This document shows positions 38,952-48,923 of a stretch of 64,000 bases of DNA, piece after piece (the stretch's first letter is position 1; each line of letters starts with the position of its first letter). The stretch is from Polyangiales bacterium (GTDB lineage Bacteria; Myxococcota_A; Polyangia; Polyangiales; Polyangiaceae). The position numbers and the translations under genes are program-made. The DNA lies in contig JBBRLQ010000001.1 in NCBI GenBank assembly GCA_038231275.1, forward strand, positions 640,001 to 704,000, in the 5' to 3' direction. The notes below the pieces were generated by a model that saw only the letters and a program-made list of their open reading frames with translations, made no database searches and was not told the origin of the DNA.

Positions 38952-39614
38952 ATGAGCGAGCCTCTCCCCTTGGTTTTCGATGCCGCCGGCCTCATGCCCG
39001 TCGTGGTCCAAGACCACCTCACCGGCGAGATTCGCATGCTCGCCCACGCGACGGCAGAGGCGATCCGCACGACGCAAGAGACCGGGCGCGCGACGTTCTG
39101 GAGCCGGTCGCGCGGCGAGCTGTGGGAGAAGGGGCGGACGAGCGGCAACGACATCGTGGTCACGCAGATCCTGACCGACTGCGACGCCGACTGCCTCGTC
39201 TACCTCGCGGAGCCCCACGGTCCGAGCTGCCACACCGGCGCGCCGAGCTGCTTCTTTTCAGCGTTGGACGGAGACGGGCTCGTCACGAAGGCCGAGCAGC
39301 CGCAGACGACGATCGCCCGCCTCGAAGCGACGCTGGAGGCTCGAAAGGCCAGCACCGCCGAGAACAGCTACACGAAGACGCTCCTCGACGGCGGCGCGCC
39401 CGCGATCGGCAAAAAGCTCCGCGAAGAGGCGGGGGAGCTCGCCGAGGCGCTCGCCAACGAGACCGACGACCGCGTCGCCAGCGAGGCCGCCGATGTCGTC
39501 TACCACCTCCTCGTCGGCCTCCAGCACCGGGGCCTGGCCTGGCGCGACGTCCTCGCCAAGCTCCAGGCGCGGGCGGAAACCAGCGGACACGCCGAAAAAG
39601 CCGCTCGTGTTTGA
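38952..39614 (+). CDS. hisIE: Bifunctional phosphoribosyl-AMP cyclohydrolase / phosphoribosyl-ATP pyrophosphatase
   Basis: FWSRSRGELWEKGRTSGN, DCDADC, CHTG, SYTKTL, KKLREEAGE and EAADVVYH. Confidence 0.95.
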   Translation: MSEPLPLVFDAAGLMPVVVQDHLTGEIRMLAHATAEAIRTTQETGRATFWSRSRGELWEKGRTSGNDIVVTQILTDCDADCLVYLAEPHGPSCHTGAPSCFFSALDGDGLVTKAEQPQTTIARLEATLEARKASTAENSYTKTLLDGGAPAIGKKLREEAGELAEALANETDDRVASEAADVVYHLLVGLQHRGLAWRDVLAKLQARAETSGHAEKAARV

Positions 39615-39689
39615 CACCCTTCGATCGCCGCCGCTATCCTCGAAAACTCACGGAGTTTTTAGCCCTTCGTGTGATCCACGGAACGGAGC

Positions 39690-41969
39690 ATGAGCCATAA
39701 GGTCCTCGTCTTCGAGAGCGACGCCGCATTCGCCGGCGAGCTCCGAAATGAGCTGGGCAAGCTGGGGTGCAGTACGTCCGTCGTCGACGACGGAAACCTC
39801 GGGCTCCAGCAGGCCTCGAGCGACAGGCCGGACTTGATCCTGCTGTCGATCGAGCTGCCGCGCATGAACGGGTTCTCGGTCTGCAACAAGCTGAAGAAGG
39901 ACCCTTCGCTCAAGGACGTGCCGCTCATCATCATGTCGAGCGAGTCGAGCGACGAGACGTTCGAGCAGCACCGAAAGCTCCGGACGCGCGCCGAGGACTA
40001 CGTCCACAAGCCGATCGCGTTCGGAGAGCTGCTTCAGCACATCCAGACGTTCGTGAAGCTCGGGGCAGGCGAGGCCCCCGGCGCGGAGGATCCGATCATC
40101 ATCGACGAGGAGATCGCCGTCGAGGAGACGGACGCCTCGATGAAGGTCTCCGCGCCCCCGCAGCAGCAGCAGCAGCACCAGCACCACCAGCACCACCAGC
40201 AGCGCAACAACGACGTCGATCCCGAGGTGGACTCGTTCGCCGACGCCGCGTTCGGGCGCATTCAGGCCGAGGCGCCCAAGCGCAGGAACGGTGCGCCGCT
40301 GGCGGCGGTGACCGACGAGGTCCAAGCCGTGCACGCTCCGGATCCCGAGCCCATGGCCGCGCCACGGAGCGTCTCGCCGCGCAGCGGTGGCGCCGACCCG
40401 GCCGAGCTCGAACGCGCGCGCGGGGACGCCGATCGCGCCCGCGCTCGGTCCGCGGAGCTGGAGAAGGAGCTCGCCTCCGCCCGTGAGGAGGTGATTCGCC
40501 TCCGCGACGAGGCCGACGGCAAGGCGAACGAGCTCGAGCAAAAGTTCGGGCGGGAGATCGAGGAGCTGAAGACGAAGCTCGCGAGCTCCGGCGGCAAGGC
40601 CGGCGGCGGCGTCTCGAGCCGGGAATTTCTGGACCTCCGCGAGGCGCTCAACAAGAAGGACAAGGAGATCCTGTCCATCAAGGAGGCGCTGACCAAGAAG
40701 GACAAGGAGATCTACGAGTCTCGCGACAAGTCGCTCGCCCTGGAGCGCGCGAAGAGCGATCTCGACGACAAGATCCTCGCCGCCGATCGCGACGTTGCCG
40801 ACGCGCGCGAGAAGATCGAAGCGCTGACGGCCGACAAGGACAACGCGAAGAAGGTCGGCGAGGACCTGAAGGCGCGCCTCGGGCGATCGCAGGCCGACGT
40901 CGAGGCGAAGCTCAAGGAGATCGCCGAGCTCAAGGCAAAGGCGCAAGACGACGCGGGCGCCCACGACGCGCACGTCGCGCGACTCGGCGAAGCGCACGCC
41001 GGAGCGCTCGAGCAGGCGGCCGACGAGAAATCGCAGGCGCTCGCAGAGGCCGAGTCGCAAAAGGCGAAGGCGCTCGAAGATCAGGCGCGCGCCGGCGATC
41101 GCTCCAAGGCCGAGGCCATCGCCGCGCGCGAGGCCGAGCTCAAGGCCGAGTCGGACCACAAGCTGGCGTCGCTCCATCGCGCGCAGCAGGACGAGCTCGC
41201 CAAGCAGCGCGGTGAGCACGATCGCGTCCTCAACGACTTCACCACCAAGTACGATCGGCAGCTCTCGGACGCGCTCGCTCGTCACGAAGCGGAGCTGGCG
41301 GCGGCGGAGGCGAGGCGCGCAGAGGACGTCGCGAACGCCGAGCGCACGGGCGCCGAGGCGCTGAGCCAACGCGAGCGCGAGCTCACCGGCGCCCACGACG
41401 AGCGCGTGTCGAAGCTCGAGTCCGATCGCGACGGTCGAATCGCGCTGCTCGAGGCGGACCGCGCGCAGAGGATCTCGTCCCTCGAGGCGGAGCGCGACGC
41501 CAAGATCGCGGCGCTCGAGGCGGAGCGCGACGCCAAGATCGCGGCGCTCGAGGCCGATCGCGACGCGCGCATCGCCGCGCTCGAGAACGATCGGGATGCC
41601 CGCATCGCGCAGCTGGAGACGCGCTCGGCGAACCAGCTCGCGGAGATGAGGGAGGACGCGGAGGCCCAGAAGGCCGAGGCGGACGGAAAGATCGCGGAGC
41701 TCACGCGCAACCTCACGCAGACGACGGAGCGACGCGATCAGCTCGACACGCAGCTCGGACGCGCGCGGGAGACGATCGCGACGCTCGAGGCCAACCTCGC
41801 GGCGACCAAGGAGTCGCTCGACGACACCGCGCGACGCCTGGCGCAGGAGACGGATCGCGCGAACCGCGCCGTCGCCAAGTGGGACGCCGACAAGGGCTCG
41901 CTCGACCGCGCGAAGGACGCGCTCGCCGTCGCGCTCGCGCAGATCGAAGAAGCCGAAGCGCGCAGCTGA
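39690..41969 (+). CDS. frzS: FrzS-like pseudo-receiver plus long coiled-coil protein
   Basis: KVLVFESD, RPDLILLSIEL (phospho-Asp position is Ser), CNKLKKD, QHRKL..AEDYVHKP; more than 500 aa of coiled coil. Confidence 0.65.
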   Translation: MSHKVLVFESDAAFAGELRNELGKLGCSTSVVDDGNLGLQQASSDRPDLILLSIELPRMNGFSVCNKLKKDPSLKDVPLIIMSSESSDETFEQHRKLRTRAEDYVHKPIAFGELLQHIQTFVKLGAGEAPGAEDPIIIDEEIAVEETDASMKVSAPPQQQQQHQHHQHHQQRNNDVDPEVDSFADAAFGRIQAEAPKRRNGAPLAAVTDEVQAVHAPDPEPMAAPRSVSPRSGGADPAELERARGDADRARARSAELEKELASAREEVIRLRDEADGKANELEQKFGREIEELKTKLASSGGKAGGGVSSREFLDLREALNKKDKEILSIKEALTKKDKEIYESRDKSLALERAKSDLDDKILAADRDVADAREKIEALTADKDNAKKVGEDLKARLGRSQADVEAKLKEIAELKAKAQDDAGAHDAHVARLGEAHAGALEQAADEKSQALAEAESQKAKALEDQARAGDRSKAEAIAAREAELKAESDHKLASLHRAQQDELAKQRGEHDRVLNDFTTKYDRQLSDALARHEAELAAAEARRAEDVANAERTGAEALSQRERELTGAHDERVSKLESDRDGRIALLEADRAQRISSLEAERDAKIAALEAERDAKIAALEADRDARIAALENDRDARIAQLETRSANQLAEMREDAEAQKAEADGKIAELTRNLTQTTERRDQLDTQLGRARETIATLEANLAATKESLDDTARRLAQETDRANRAVAKWDADKGSLDRAKDALAVALAQIEEAEARS
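41415..41612 (+). repeat. 33-bp coding repeat (11-aa unit LEAERDAKIAA), about 6 copies
   Basis: Exact duplicate at 41481-41513 and 41514-41546, with degenerate flanking copies. Confidence 0.85.
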
Positions 41970-41987
41970 GGAGCCCGCCCGGCCGCC

Positions 41988-43322
41988 TCAGATTCCAGCG
42001 CGGAGGACGACCTTGCGCGCCTCGGTCCGCGCGCGCGCGGCGATCGCGGTGGGATCGTGACGCACGGGCTCGCCGTTCTTGACGAGGATTTCCCCGTCGA
42101 CGACGACGTGGACGACGTCGGCCGACGTGCACGCGTACACGAGCTTCGAGAAGACGTCGGTGCCTGGCTCGGCGTGAACGGCGTCGAGGCGCACGACCAC
42201 GAAATCGGCGCGCTTGCCCACCTCCAGCGAGCCGATGTCGTCGCCGAGCCCCAGCGCGCGTGCGCCGTCGATCGTCGCGAGGCGAAGCGCACGTCGCGCA
42301 GGGAGCGAGGTCGTGCCCGTGCGCACCTTCGCGAGGAGGGCGGCGTGACGGAGCTCGGTCCACGGGTCCATGTTGTTGTTGCACGGCGCACCGTCAGCCC
42401 CCAGCGCGAGCTGCACGCCGAGGGCGTCGAGCTCCGCGACGCGCGCGATTCCGGAGCCGAGCTTCAGGTTGGCGCTGGGGCAGTGCACGACGCGCGTTCC
42501 GTCGGCGGCGAGGATGCGCGCTTCGTCGTCGGTGAGCTGAACTCCATGCGCGAGGATCGCGCGCGGACCTTTGACGCCCCAGGAACGAAGGACCTCGATG
42601 TCGTCGCGGCCGAGCGCGGCGCGCACGGCTTCTCGCTCGCTCGGGTGCTCGGCGGCGTGGGTATGCACGAGCGCGCCCGACGCGGCGGCACGCTCGCACG
42701 CGCCGCGAACGAGCGCTTCGGTGCACGAGAGGATGAAGCGCGGCGCGTAGCCGTAGCCGATGCGCCCGTCCCCCTTGCCTTGCCAGGCGGCGCAGAGGCG
42801 CTCGCTCTCGTCGAGGCTGGCCCGCGTGGACTCGCGGAGGCCGGCCGGGACGCCGTCGCCCTGGTCCATCATCGTCTTGCCGCTCTTCGCGCGGATGCCG
42901 CTCCGCGCGCACGCGTCCATCACCGCGTCGTGCGCGCGCACCGTCCCCATGTCGAGGATGGTCGTGGTGCCTGCGCGGATCATCTCGGCGAGCCCGAGCT
43001 CCGCGCTCGCCGCCAGCGACCGCTCGTCGTGCGCCGCCTCGAGCGGCCAGATGCGCGTCTTCAGCCACTCGAGGAGCGGCATGTCGTCGGCCATCCCGCG
43101 GAAGAGGGCCTGGCAGAGGTGCACGTGGGCCTGCACGAAGCCCGGAATCACCGCGCAGCCACCGGCGTCGAGGACGCGCGTGATCTCCGCAGGCTCGCGC
43201 CCGCGCCGCGCTGCGCCTCCGACCTGGGTCAGCGCGCCGTCCCGAACGACCAGGTCTCCTATGGCGATCCGGTCCTCGGGATCGCACGTCACGAGGGTGC
43301 CCCCGCGCACTGTGAGCTGCAT
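41988..43322 (-). CDS. Amidohydrolase, 5'-deoxyadenosine/MTA/SAH deaminase-like
   Basis: PGFVQAHVH, HTHAAE, LAHGV, HCPSANLKLGSG and LGADGAPCNN. Confidence 0.9.
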   Translation of the reverse strand: MQLTVRGGTLVTCDPEDRIAIGDLVVRDGALTQVGGAARRGREPAEITRVLDAGGCAVIPGFVQAHVHLCQALFRGMADDMPLLEWLKTRIWPLEAAHDERSLAASAELGLAEMIRAGTTTILDMGTVRAHDAVMDACARSGIRAKSGKTMMDQGDGVPAGLRESTRASLDESERLCAAWQGKGDGRIGYGYAPRFILSCTEALVRGACERAAASGALVHTHAAEHPSEREAVRAALGRDDIEVLRSWGVKGPRAILAHGVQLTDDEARILAADGTRVVHCPSANLKLGSGIARVAELDALGVQLALGADGAPCNNNMDPWTELRHAALLAKVRTGTTSLPARRALRLATIDGARALGLGDDIGSLEVGKRADFVVVRLDAVHAEPGTDVFSKLVYACTSADVVHVVVDGEILVKNGEPVRHDPTAIAARARTEARKVVLRAGI

Positions 43323-43368
43323 CTGCCGGGAGAATACCGGTTTTCTGCTAAGCTCCCGCCTCCAAAAG

Positions 43369-44988
43369 ATGCCTTCGCGGATCCTCGTCGTCGATGACAG
43401 CGCCACGATTCGTCGCGTCGTGGGCGGCATCCTCGAGAGAGGTGGCTACGAGGTCGTGCTCGCCGCCGACGGCCAGGCGGCGCTCGAGGTGCTCACCGGC
43501 GAAGGCAAGGTCGCGATCGATCTCGTGCTGGTCGACTTCGTGATGCCGAAGCTCAACGGCTTCCAGCTTTGCCGGATGATCCGACAGAACGCGGATCTGG
43601 CGCAGCTGCCGGTCGTCTTGATGAGCGCGAAGAGCGACAAAATTCGCGATCAATTCGTGCAGCAGACCGGCGCGCTCGACGCGATCTCCAAGCCGTTCGA
43701 CGCGCAGGCCCTGGTCGCGGTGATCGATCACGCCCTCCGGCGCGTGGAGACGGGACGGGCCAGCGCGGCGCAGTTGCCCGAGCTCGACGACGACGAGTTG
43801 CCCGAGCCCGTCCTCACCGGAATCGACGAAGCGATGCGCCGCACGCGCGTGACGTCCGAGGTGAGCGCCCGGGTCGCGCGGTGGGTGGCCCCGGCGCTTG
43901 CCCGCGTCGACGGCGCGCCGAGCCCCGACGCGCTCGCGACCGAGCTCGAGACCTCGCTCGACGACGCGGCGCTCCAGGATTTGCGCGACGCGCTGGGGCC
44001 ACTCGACGACGGCGCGGGCAGCGGCTCGGTCCTCGGCGGCGAGTTCGGGGCGCTCCCCCTCGGCGCCGTCCTCCAACTTCTCCAGGTCGAAGGGCAATCC
44101 GGCGAGCTCACCGTGAGGAGCGACGCTCGCGAAGTGATCCTCACGCTGCGGGGCGGCCTGATCGATCTCGTGCAGTCGCGAGGGACGACCGACGAGTTTC
44201 GGCTTGGGCGCTTCTTCGTGGAAGAAGGCCTCCTCACGCCGGCCGAGCTGGCGGCGTTCGTCGAGATCGATGCCCCAGCGAGCAGGCATGTGCCGCCCCG
44301 CTCGGGGAAGTTCGACCGCGCGACCATGAAGCAGCTCGCCGAGGGGCCGGTGAGCGTCACGTCGGACACGAACCCCGAAGGGTTCCACGCCGCCGATCTC
44401 GAGGCAGAGACGATGCGCCTCGCTCCTGGTGAGGCCCAGGAGCTGATCAAGAAGGCGGAGGCCGACGCGATCGCGAGCGGAGCGATCTCGCCGACGGCGC
44501 CCGATGGGGTGAACGCCGCGCCGCCGCGCCTCCTCGGCGATCGATTGCTCGCCGGGGGCCGGATCACCGCCGAGCAGCTGCGCGCCGCGCTCGTGCGTCA
44601 GTCGAGCGAGCTCGTCTACGAGCTCTTGCGCTGGAACAAGGGGCGCTTCGCGTTCCGTCGCCGTCCCCCGTCCGCCGCCGCCGCCGCCGCGAAGCTCGGC
44701 CTCACGGTGCCGGCCGTCGTCATGGAGGGGTTCCGCCGCGTCGACGAATGGCGGGGCCTCGAAGGCGCGGTCGGCGACTTCGACGGCGTGCTCGCGCAGG
44801 ACGCCTTCGCACTCGCGTCGCTCCCCCCCGAAAGGCTCACCCCGAAGGAGCGCGCCGTCCTCGACGCGATCGACGGCGAGCGGACCTTGCGCGAGGTCAT
44901 CGCCGCGAGCCACATGTCGAGCTTCGACGCGTGCCGCGTCCTCGCCGAGCTCCTTGCCGCGCGCCTGGTTCGCCGTCACGTCGGCTGA
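43369..44988 (+). CDS. Response regulator with DUF4388/PATAN-like domain
   Basis: ILVVDD, LVDFVMP and SKPF; LGAVLQLL..SGELTV and ELLRWNKGRFAF..VMEGFRRVDEW. Confidence 0.85.
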   Translation: MPSRILVVDDSATIRRVVGGILERGGYEVVLAADGQAALEVLTGEGKVAIDLVLVDFVMPKLNGFQLCRMIRQNADLAQLPVVLMSAKSDKIRDQFVQQTGALDAISKPFDAQALVAVIDHALRRVETGRASAAQLPELDDDELPEPVLTGIDEAMRRTRVTSEVSARVARWVAPALARVDGAPSPDALATELETSLDDAALQDLRDALGPLDDGAGSGSVLGGEFGALPLGAVLQLLQVEGQSGELTVRSDAREVILTLRGGLIDLVQSRGTTDEFRLGRFFVEEGLLTPAELAAFVEIDAPASRHVPPRSGKFDRATMKQLAEGPVSVTSDTNPEGFHAADLEAETMRLAPGEAQELIKKAEADAIASGAISPTAPDGVNAAPPRLLGDRLLAGGRITAEQLRAALVRQSSELVYELLRWNKGRFAFRRRPPSAAAAAAKLGLTVPAVVMEGFRRVDEWRGLEGAVGDFDGVLAQDAFALASLPPERLTPKERAVLDAIDGERTLREVIAASHMSSFDACRVLAELLAARLVRRHVG

Positions 44989-45172
44989 CTCCGCGCGACC
45001 TCCACGGCCGTCCACTCCTCTAGTACCGGCGGGGCCGAAACTATCGGTGCGACGTTTCGGGTCCAAGTGTGTCTTGAGATTGGTCTGAGACGACCGGGGA
45101 AGAATGCCAGCTGGGCTCCGTATGACGGACCGTGCAGGCGTAAACATCCGCCGAAAACGCAGAGAAATCATC

Positions 45173-46795
45173 ATGAGCCAACCCGACGCATCCCCCCTAA
45201 TCGACGCCCCCGCGCTCGCTCCGTCTCCTGCCGGCACCGGCAGCGAGGCCGACGTCCAGGTCGGGCCCCTCGAGCGGGCCCAGGCGCGCGTCGGCCACGT
45301 CGTGCGCGGCAAGTGGCGTCTCGACACGCTCCTCGGCGCAGGCGGGACCGCGGCGGTCTACTCCGCGACCCACCGCAACCGCAGCCACGCGTCCGTGAAG
45401 ATGCTCCACCCGGAGCTCTCGGCAGAACCGTCGGTGCGCGCGTCCTTCCTGCGCGAAGGCTACGCGGCGAACGGCGTTCCCCACGAGGGCGTGGTCCGCG
45501 TCATCGACGACGACGTCGCCGAGGACGGCTCGGTGTTCCTCGTGATGGAGCTGCTCGAGGGGCAGACGCTCGAGGATCGCCTCGATCAGACCGCGGCGCC
45601 GCTCGCGATGGACGAGGCGTGCAAAATCACCGATCGCGTCCTCGACATCCTCGCGACCGCGCACGCGCAAGGCATCCAGCACCGCGACGTGACGCCGAAG
45701 AACGTATTTCTCCTCCGCGACGGCAAGGTCAAGCTGATCGACTTCGGCAGCGCGTTCGTCTCCGAGCTGAGCCAGCAGAGCGGCGACACGCTCGTGTGCG
45801 CGCCGATGGGGACGCCGCCGTACATGGCGCCCGAGCTCGCGCGCGGACGCTTTGCCGAAGTGGACCCCCGCGCCGACGTCTATGCGACCGGCGCGCTCCT
45901 CTACGCGATGCTGACCGGCAAGGCGCCGCGCCGCGCCGACACGGTGAACGAAGCGCTCCTTGCCGCGATGACCGAGCCGCTCCCGTCGATCGCGACGGTC
46001 CGGCCCGAGCTCCCCAAGTGCATCGTCGAGCTCGTCGATCGCGCGATCGCGTTCGAGAAGACCGATCGATGGCCCGGCGCGCGCGCCATGCACGACGCGC
46101 TCATCCTCGCGCGTGAGGGCATCTCGTCGACGCCGGATCTCGTCGCCGAGGTCGTGGGCCTCGAGGCGTCCGGCGATCCGTATGCGTGGAACGCCGCACG
46201 CACCGAGCAGGCGATCGCGCCGTACGTGGGCGAGCTCGTCTCGACGCCCGATGCGGCAGGGATGAACCCGCTCTTCGTCCGCGCAGACGGTTCGATGGCG
46301 CCGGTCGCGCGCCCCGCTCCCGCGCCGTCGTACTATCCGTCGTACGGGCCGCCCCGCAAGCAGCTGAACGTCGCCGCGGTCCTGGTGGTGGCGATCCTCG
46401 TATTCGGCGTGCTCGCCACGGCGGCGCTCCTCCTGGTCGATCGCACCCTACTACCCGGTCAGGCCAACGCCGCGACGCCCCCCAGGGTCGCCGTTCTGCC
46501 TCCTCCTCCTCCGTCGCCCCTGCGCGCCGATGATCCGATCCCGCCGCCGGCCCCGGCCGCCGATCCGCCCGTCGCCGTCGCCGCCGCTGCGCCGGTGCCC
46601 GCTCCCGCGAAGGCGGATCCTCTCCCGCCGCCGCCGCCCGCCGCGACGACCCCGCCCCCGTCGCCCCAAACGCCTCCGGCGCCCGCCGCGTCGCAGGTCG
46701 CCGCCCCGAAGTCGTCCGCGCGCGGCCCCCGCCGCCCGACGCCGCCGGTCCCGACGACCGATCCGCTCGTGCGTACGAACCCCTTCGACAAGTGA
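45173..46795 (+). CDS. Membrane Ser/Thr protein kinase (atypical catalytic loop)
   Basis: LGAGGTAAVY, ASVKML, HRDVTPKN, DFG, GTPPYMAPE; TM helix and Pro-rich tail. Confidence 0.85.
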   Translation: MSQPDASPLIDAPALAPSPAGTGSEADVQVGPLERAQARVGHVVRGKWRLDTLLGAGGTAAVYSATHRNRSHASVKMLHPELSAEPSVRASFLREGYAANGVPHEGVVRVIDDDVAEDGSVFLVMELLEGQTLEDRLDQTAAPLAMDEACKITDRVLDILATAHAQGIQHRDVTPKNVFLLRDGKVKLIDFGSAFVSELSQQSGDTLVCAPMGTPPYMAPELARGRFAEVDPRADVYATGALLYAMLTGKAPRRADTVNEALLAAMTEPLPSIATVRPELPKCIVELVDRAIAFEKTDRWPGARAMHDALILAREGISSTPDLVAEVVGLEASGDPYAWNAARTEQAIAPYVGELVSTPDAAGMNPLFVRADGSMAPVARPAPAPSYYPSYGPPRKQLNVAAVLVVAILVFGVLATAALLLVDRTLLPGQANAATPPRVAVLPPPPPSPLRADDPIPPPAPAADPPVAVAAAAPVPAPAKADPLPPPPPAATTPPPSPQTPPAPAASQVAAPKSSARGPRRPTPPVPTTDPLVRTNPFDK

Positions 46796-46822
46796 ATCAA
46801 ACGTCTCTAGCGTAGACGATCC

Positions 46823-47545
46823 ATGCAGAATCCAGGTGGATACGGGCCCCCCGGTGGACCGCCGGGGTACGGACAACCTCCTCAGGGCTACGGCCCGCCG
46901 CCACAGCAGCAGCAGCAGCAGCAGCAGGGCGGATACCCGATGCAGCCGCAAGGGCAGCAAGGCTACGGGCCGGCTCCCATGGGCGCCGCCGGACCTGGTG
47001 GGCCGACAGTGATGGGTGTGCCGCTCGAGCCGGGCGAGCATGTCATCTTCTTCCGCCGCCACGACTACACGATGGAGATGATCATCAACCTCGTCGTCGG
47101 GGCGCTCCTCCTGATCATCCTCATCGGGATCATCTTCATCATCCTCGGCCTCACTGTGAACAGCAGAAATCCGAAGGCGCACATCCTCACCAACCGGCGG
47201 CTCATCGTCGTGGGCGGCAAGGGGCAGGTGCAGCAGTACTACCTGAACCAGATCGCCAACATCGAGGCAGAGCGCCAACGCTCCAGCGGCGGCGGCGGGC
47301 TCCTGGGCGCGGCGATCGGCGCGGCGGTCAGCGCGGGCATGAACCACTTCGCCAATCAGAATCACAAGATGGATCCGAGCTACTGGAAGCGAACGATCGC
47401 GCTCAACCTGGTCTTCGGGAACGGCGCCCGCGCGCGCGTGCCCGCGGCGATGGGCTACGGCGGCGAGCTCGGCCTCATCACGACGCGCGCCGTCTTCAAC
47501 CGCGAAGCCGACACGCTCCCGCCGGTCCAGCAGTACCAGCCCTGA
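46823..47545 (+). CDS. Membrane protein with Pro/Gly/Gln-rich N-terminus and bacterial PH-like domain
   Basis: GYGPP repeats, poly-Q, a TM hairpin and HILTNRRLI. Confidence 0.7.
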   Translation: MQNPGGYGPPGGPPGYGQPPQGYGPPPQQQQQQQQGGYPMQPQGQQGYGPAPMGAAGPGGPTVMGVPLEPGEHVIFFRRHDYTMEMIINLVVGALLLIILIGIIFIILGLTVNSRNPKAHILTNRRLIVVGGKGQVQQYYLNQIANIEAERQRSSGGGGLLGAAIGAAVSAGMNHFANQNHKMDPSYWKRTIALNLVFGNGARARVPAAMGYGGELGLITTRAVFNREADTLPPVQQYQP

Positions 47546-47561
47546 GTCGAGGCCCGACCTC

Positions 47562-48446
47562 TCAGGGGCCCGGGTTCGCGAAGGTGTCGCACTCGTCGAC
47601 CTTGCCGGTGTCGAAGCCGCGCTTGAACCAGTACGCGCGCTGGCGCGACGATCCGTGCGTCCAGCGCTCGGGGTTCACGTGACCGGAGGCCTGCTTTTGT
47701 AGGCGATCGTCGCCGACCGCCGCCGCCGCGCCGAGCGCCGATTCGAGATCGCCCGTCTCGAGCAGGTGACGCTGGCGCGTCGAGTGACCCCAGATGCCGG
47801 CGAAGCAGTCGGCCTGGAGCTCCATGCGCACCGACAGCGCGTTCTTCGTGTCCGGCGTGACGCGCTGCTTGCGACGGACGCTCTCCTCGATGCCGAGGAT
47901 GTCCTGCACGTGATGGCCGACCTCGTGCGCGATGACGTACGCCTTCGCGAAATCCCCAGGCGCGCCGAAGCGCGACTCGAGCTCGCGGTAAAAACCGAGA
48001 TCGATGTAGACCTTCTGATCGGCGGGGCAATAGAAGGGGCCCATCGCGGTCTCGGCGTAGCCGCACCCGGAGCGGACGCCGTCGGTGAAGAGGACGAGGC
48101 GCGCGTGGCTGTAGGTGGCGCCGGCCTTCGGGAGCTCTCGCGTCCAGGTCTCCTGCACGTCGTCGAGGACGAACGACACGAAGTGGACGAGCTTGTCGTC
48201 GGCGGGCGTGTGCGGCGCGGGTGAGCCGGGCGCGCTAGGCGCAGCGGATCGCGGCGGCGCGGGATCGCCTCCGTCGCCGAGCGCCGCGAAGAGGTTGGTC
48301 TTGAACAGCAGCGACAGGATCGCGACCACGACGAAGCCGCCGCAGCCGAGGCGAGGACCCGCCCCGAAGCCGCCGCCCCCGCCCCCGCCTTCGCCGCGCC
48401 GATCTTCGATGTCCGCGCTGACTTGCCCGTCTTCGTTCCACCGCAT
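47562..48446 (-). CDS. Neutral zinc metallopeptidase (YpfJ family)
   Basis: IEDRRG, GPFYCPAD, AHEVGHHVQ, ELQADCFAG and THGSSRQR. Confidence 0.93.
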   Translation of the reverse strand: MRWNEDGQVSADIEDRRGEGGGGGGGFGAGPRLGCGGFVVVAILSLLFKTNLFAALGDGGDPAPPRSAAPSAPGSPAPHTPADDKLVHFVSFVLDDVQETWTRELPKAGATYSHARLVLFTDGVRSGCGYAETAMGPFYCPADQKVYIDLGFYRELESRFGAPGDFAKAYVIAHEVGHHVQDILGIEESVRRKQRVTPDTKNALSVRMELQADCFAGIWGHSTRQRHLLETGDLESALGAAAAVGDDRLQKQASGHVNPERWTHGSSRQRAYWFKRGFDTGKVDECDTFANPGP

Positions 48447-48499
48447 GGCGGCGAACTTAGCCGAAGTCGCCGAGCGCCGCTCTTGGTACCCTGCACGGG

Positions 48500-48892
48500 A
48501 TGACGCTCGAGCCTCGACGCGGCGGGATCGTGCTCGACGACGGCACGCACCTTTACTTCGTCGCCGCGCACGTCGCCGAGCGCGTCGCGCCGCTGCCCGA
48601 GGTCACGCGCGTCCCCGGCACGCACCCCGATCTCGTTGGGATCGCGCTTTACGAGGGGACGATCCTCCCGGTCGTCTCGATCGGCCTCGCGCGATCGTCG
48701 ATGCTCGTCATCTCGTACCTCGGCGAGCCGATCGGGATCGTCGGCGCCGAGGTCGTCTCGAGCGGAACGTTCGACGCGGCGGGCGACGGCGCGAGCGTTC
48801 GGTACGACGGGCGCATCGCGAAACCGCTGGATTTGGCGGGAATCTACGGGCGCCTGCAGGCGGGCTCGTGGGCCGGGCGACCGCGCGCGTAG
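48500..48892 (+). CDS. cheW: CheW-like coupling protein
   Basis: VTRVPGTHPDLVGIALYEGTILPVVSI matches the CheW TxVP..lGv..rG.ilPvi pattern. Confidence 0.7.
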   Translation: MTLEPRRGGIVLDDGTHLYFVAAHVAERVAPLPEVTRVPGTHPDLVGIALYEGTILPVVSIGLARSSMLVISYLGEPIGIVGAEVVSSGTFDAAGDGASVRYDGRIAKPLDLAGIYGRLQAGSWAGRPRA

Positions 48893-48923
48893 AGCCGCCG
48901 GATCGGAGTATCATCAGCGCCCC

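Noticed and set aside
42760-43368. N-terminal extension of the REC-DUF4388 protein
   Set aside because: It is antisense to the amidohydrolase; the receiver domain starts at ATG 43369.
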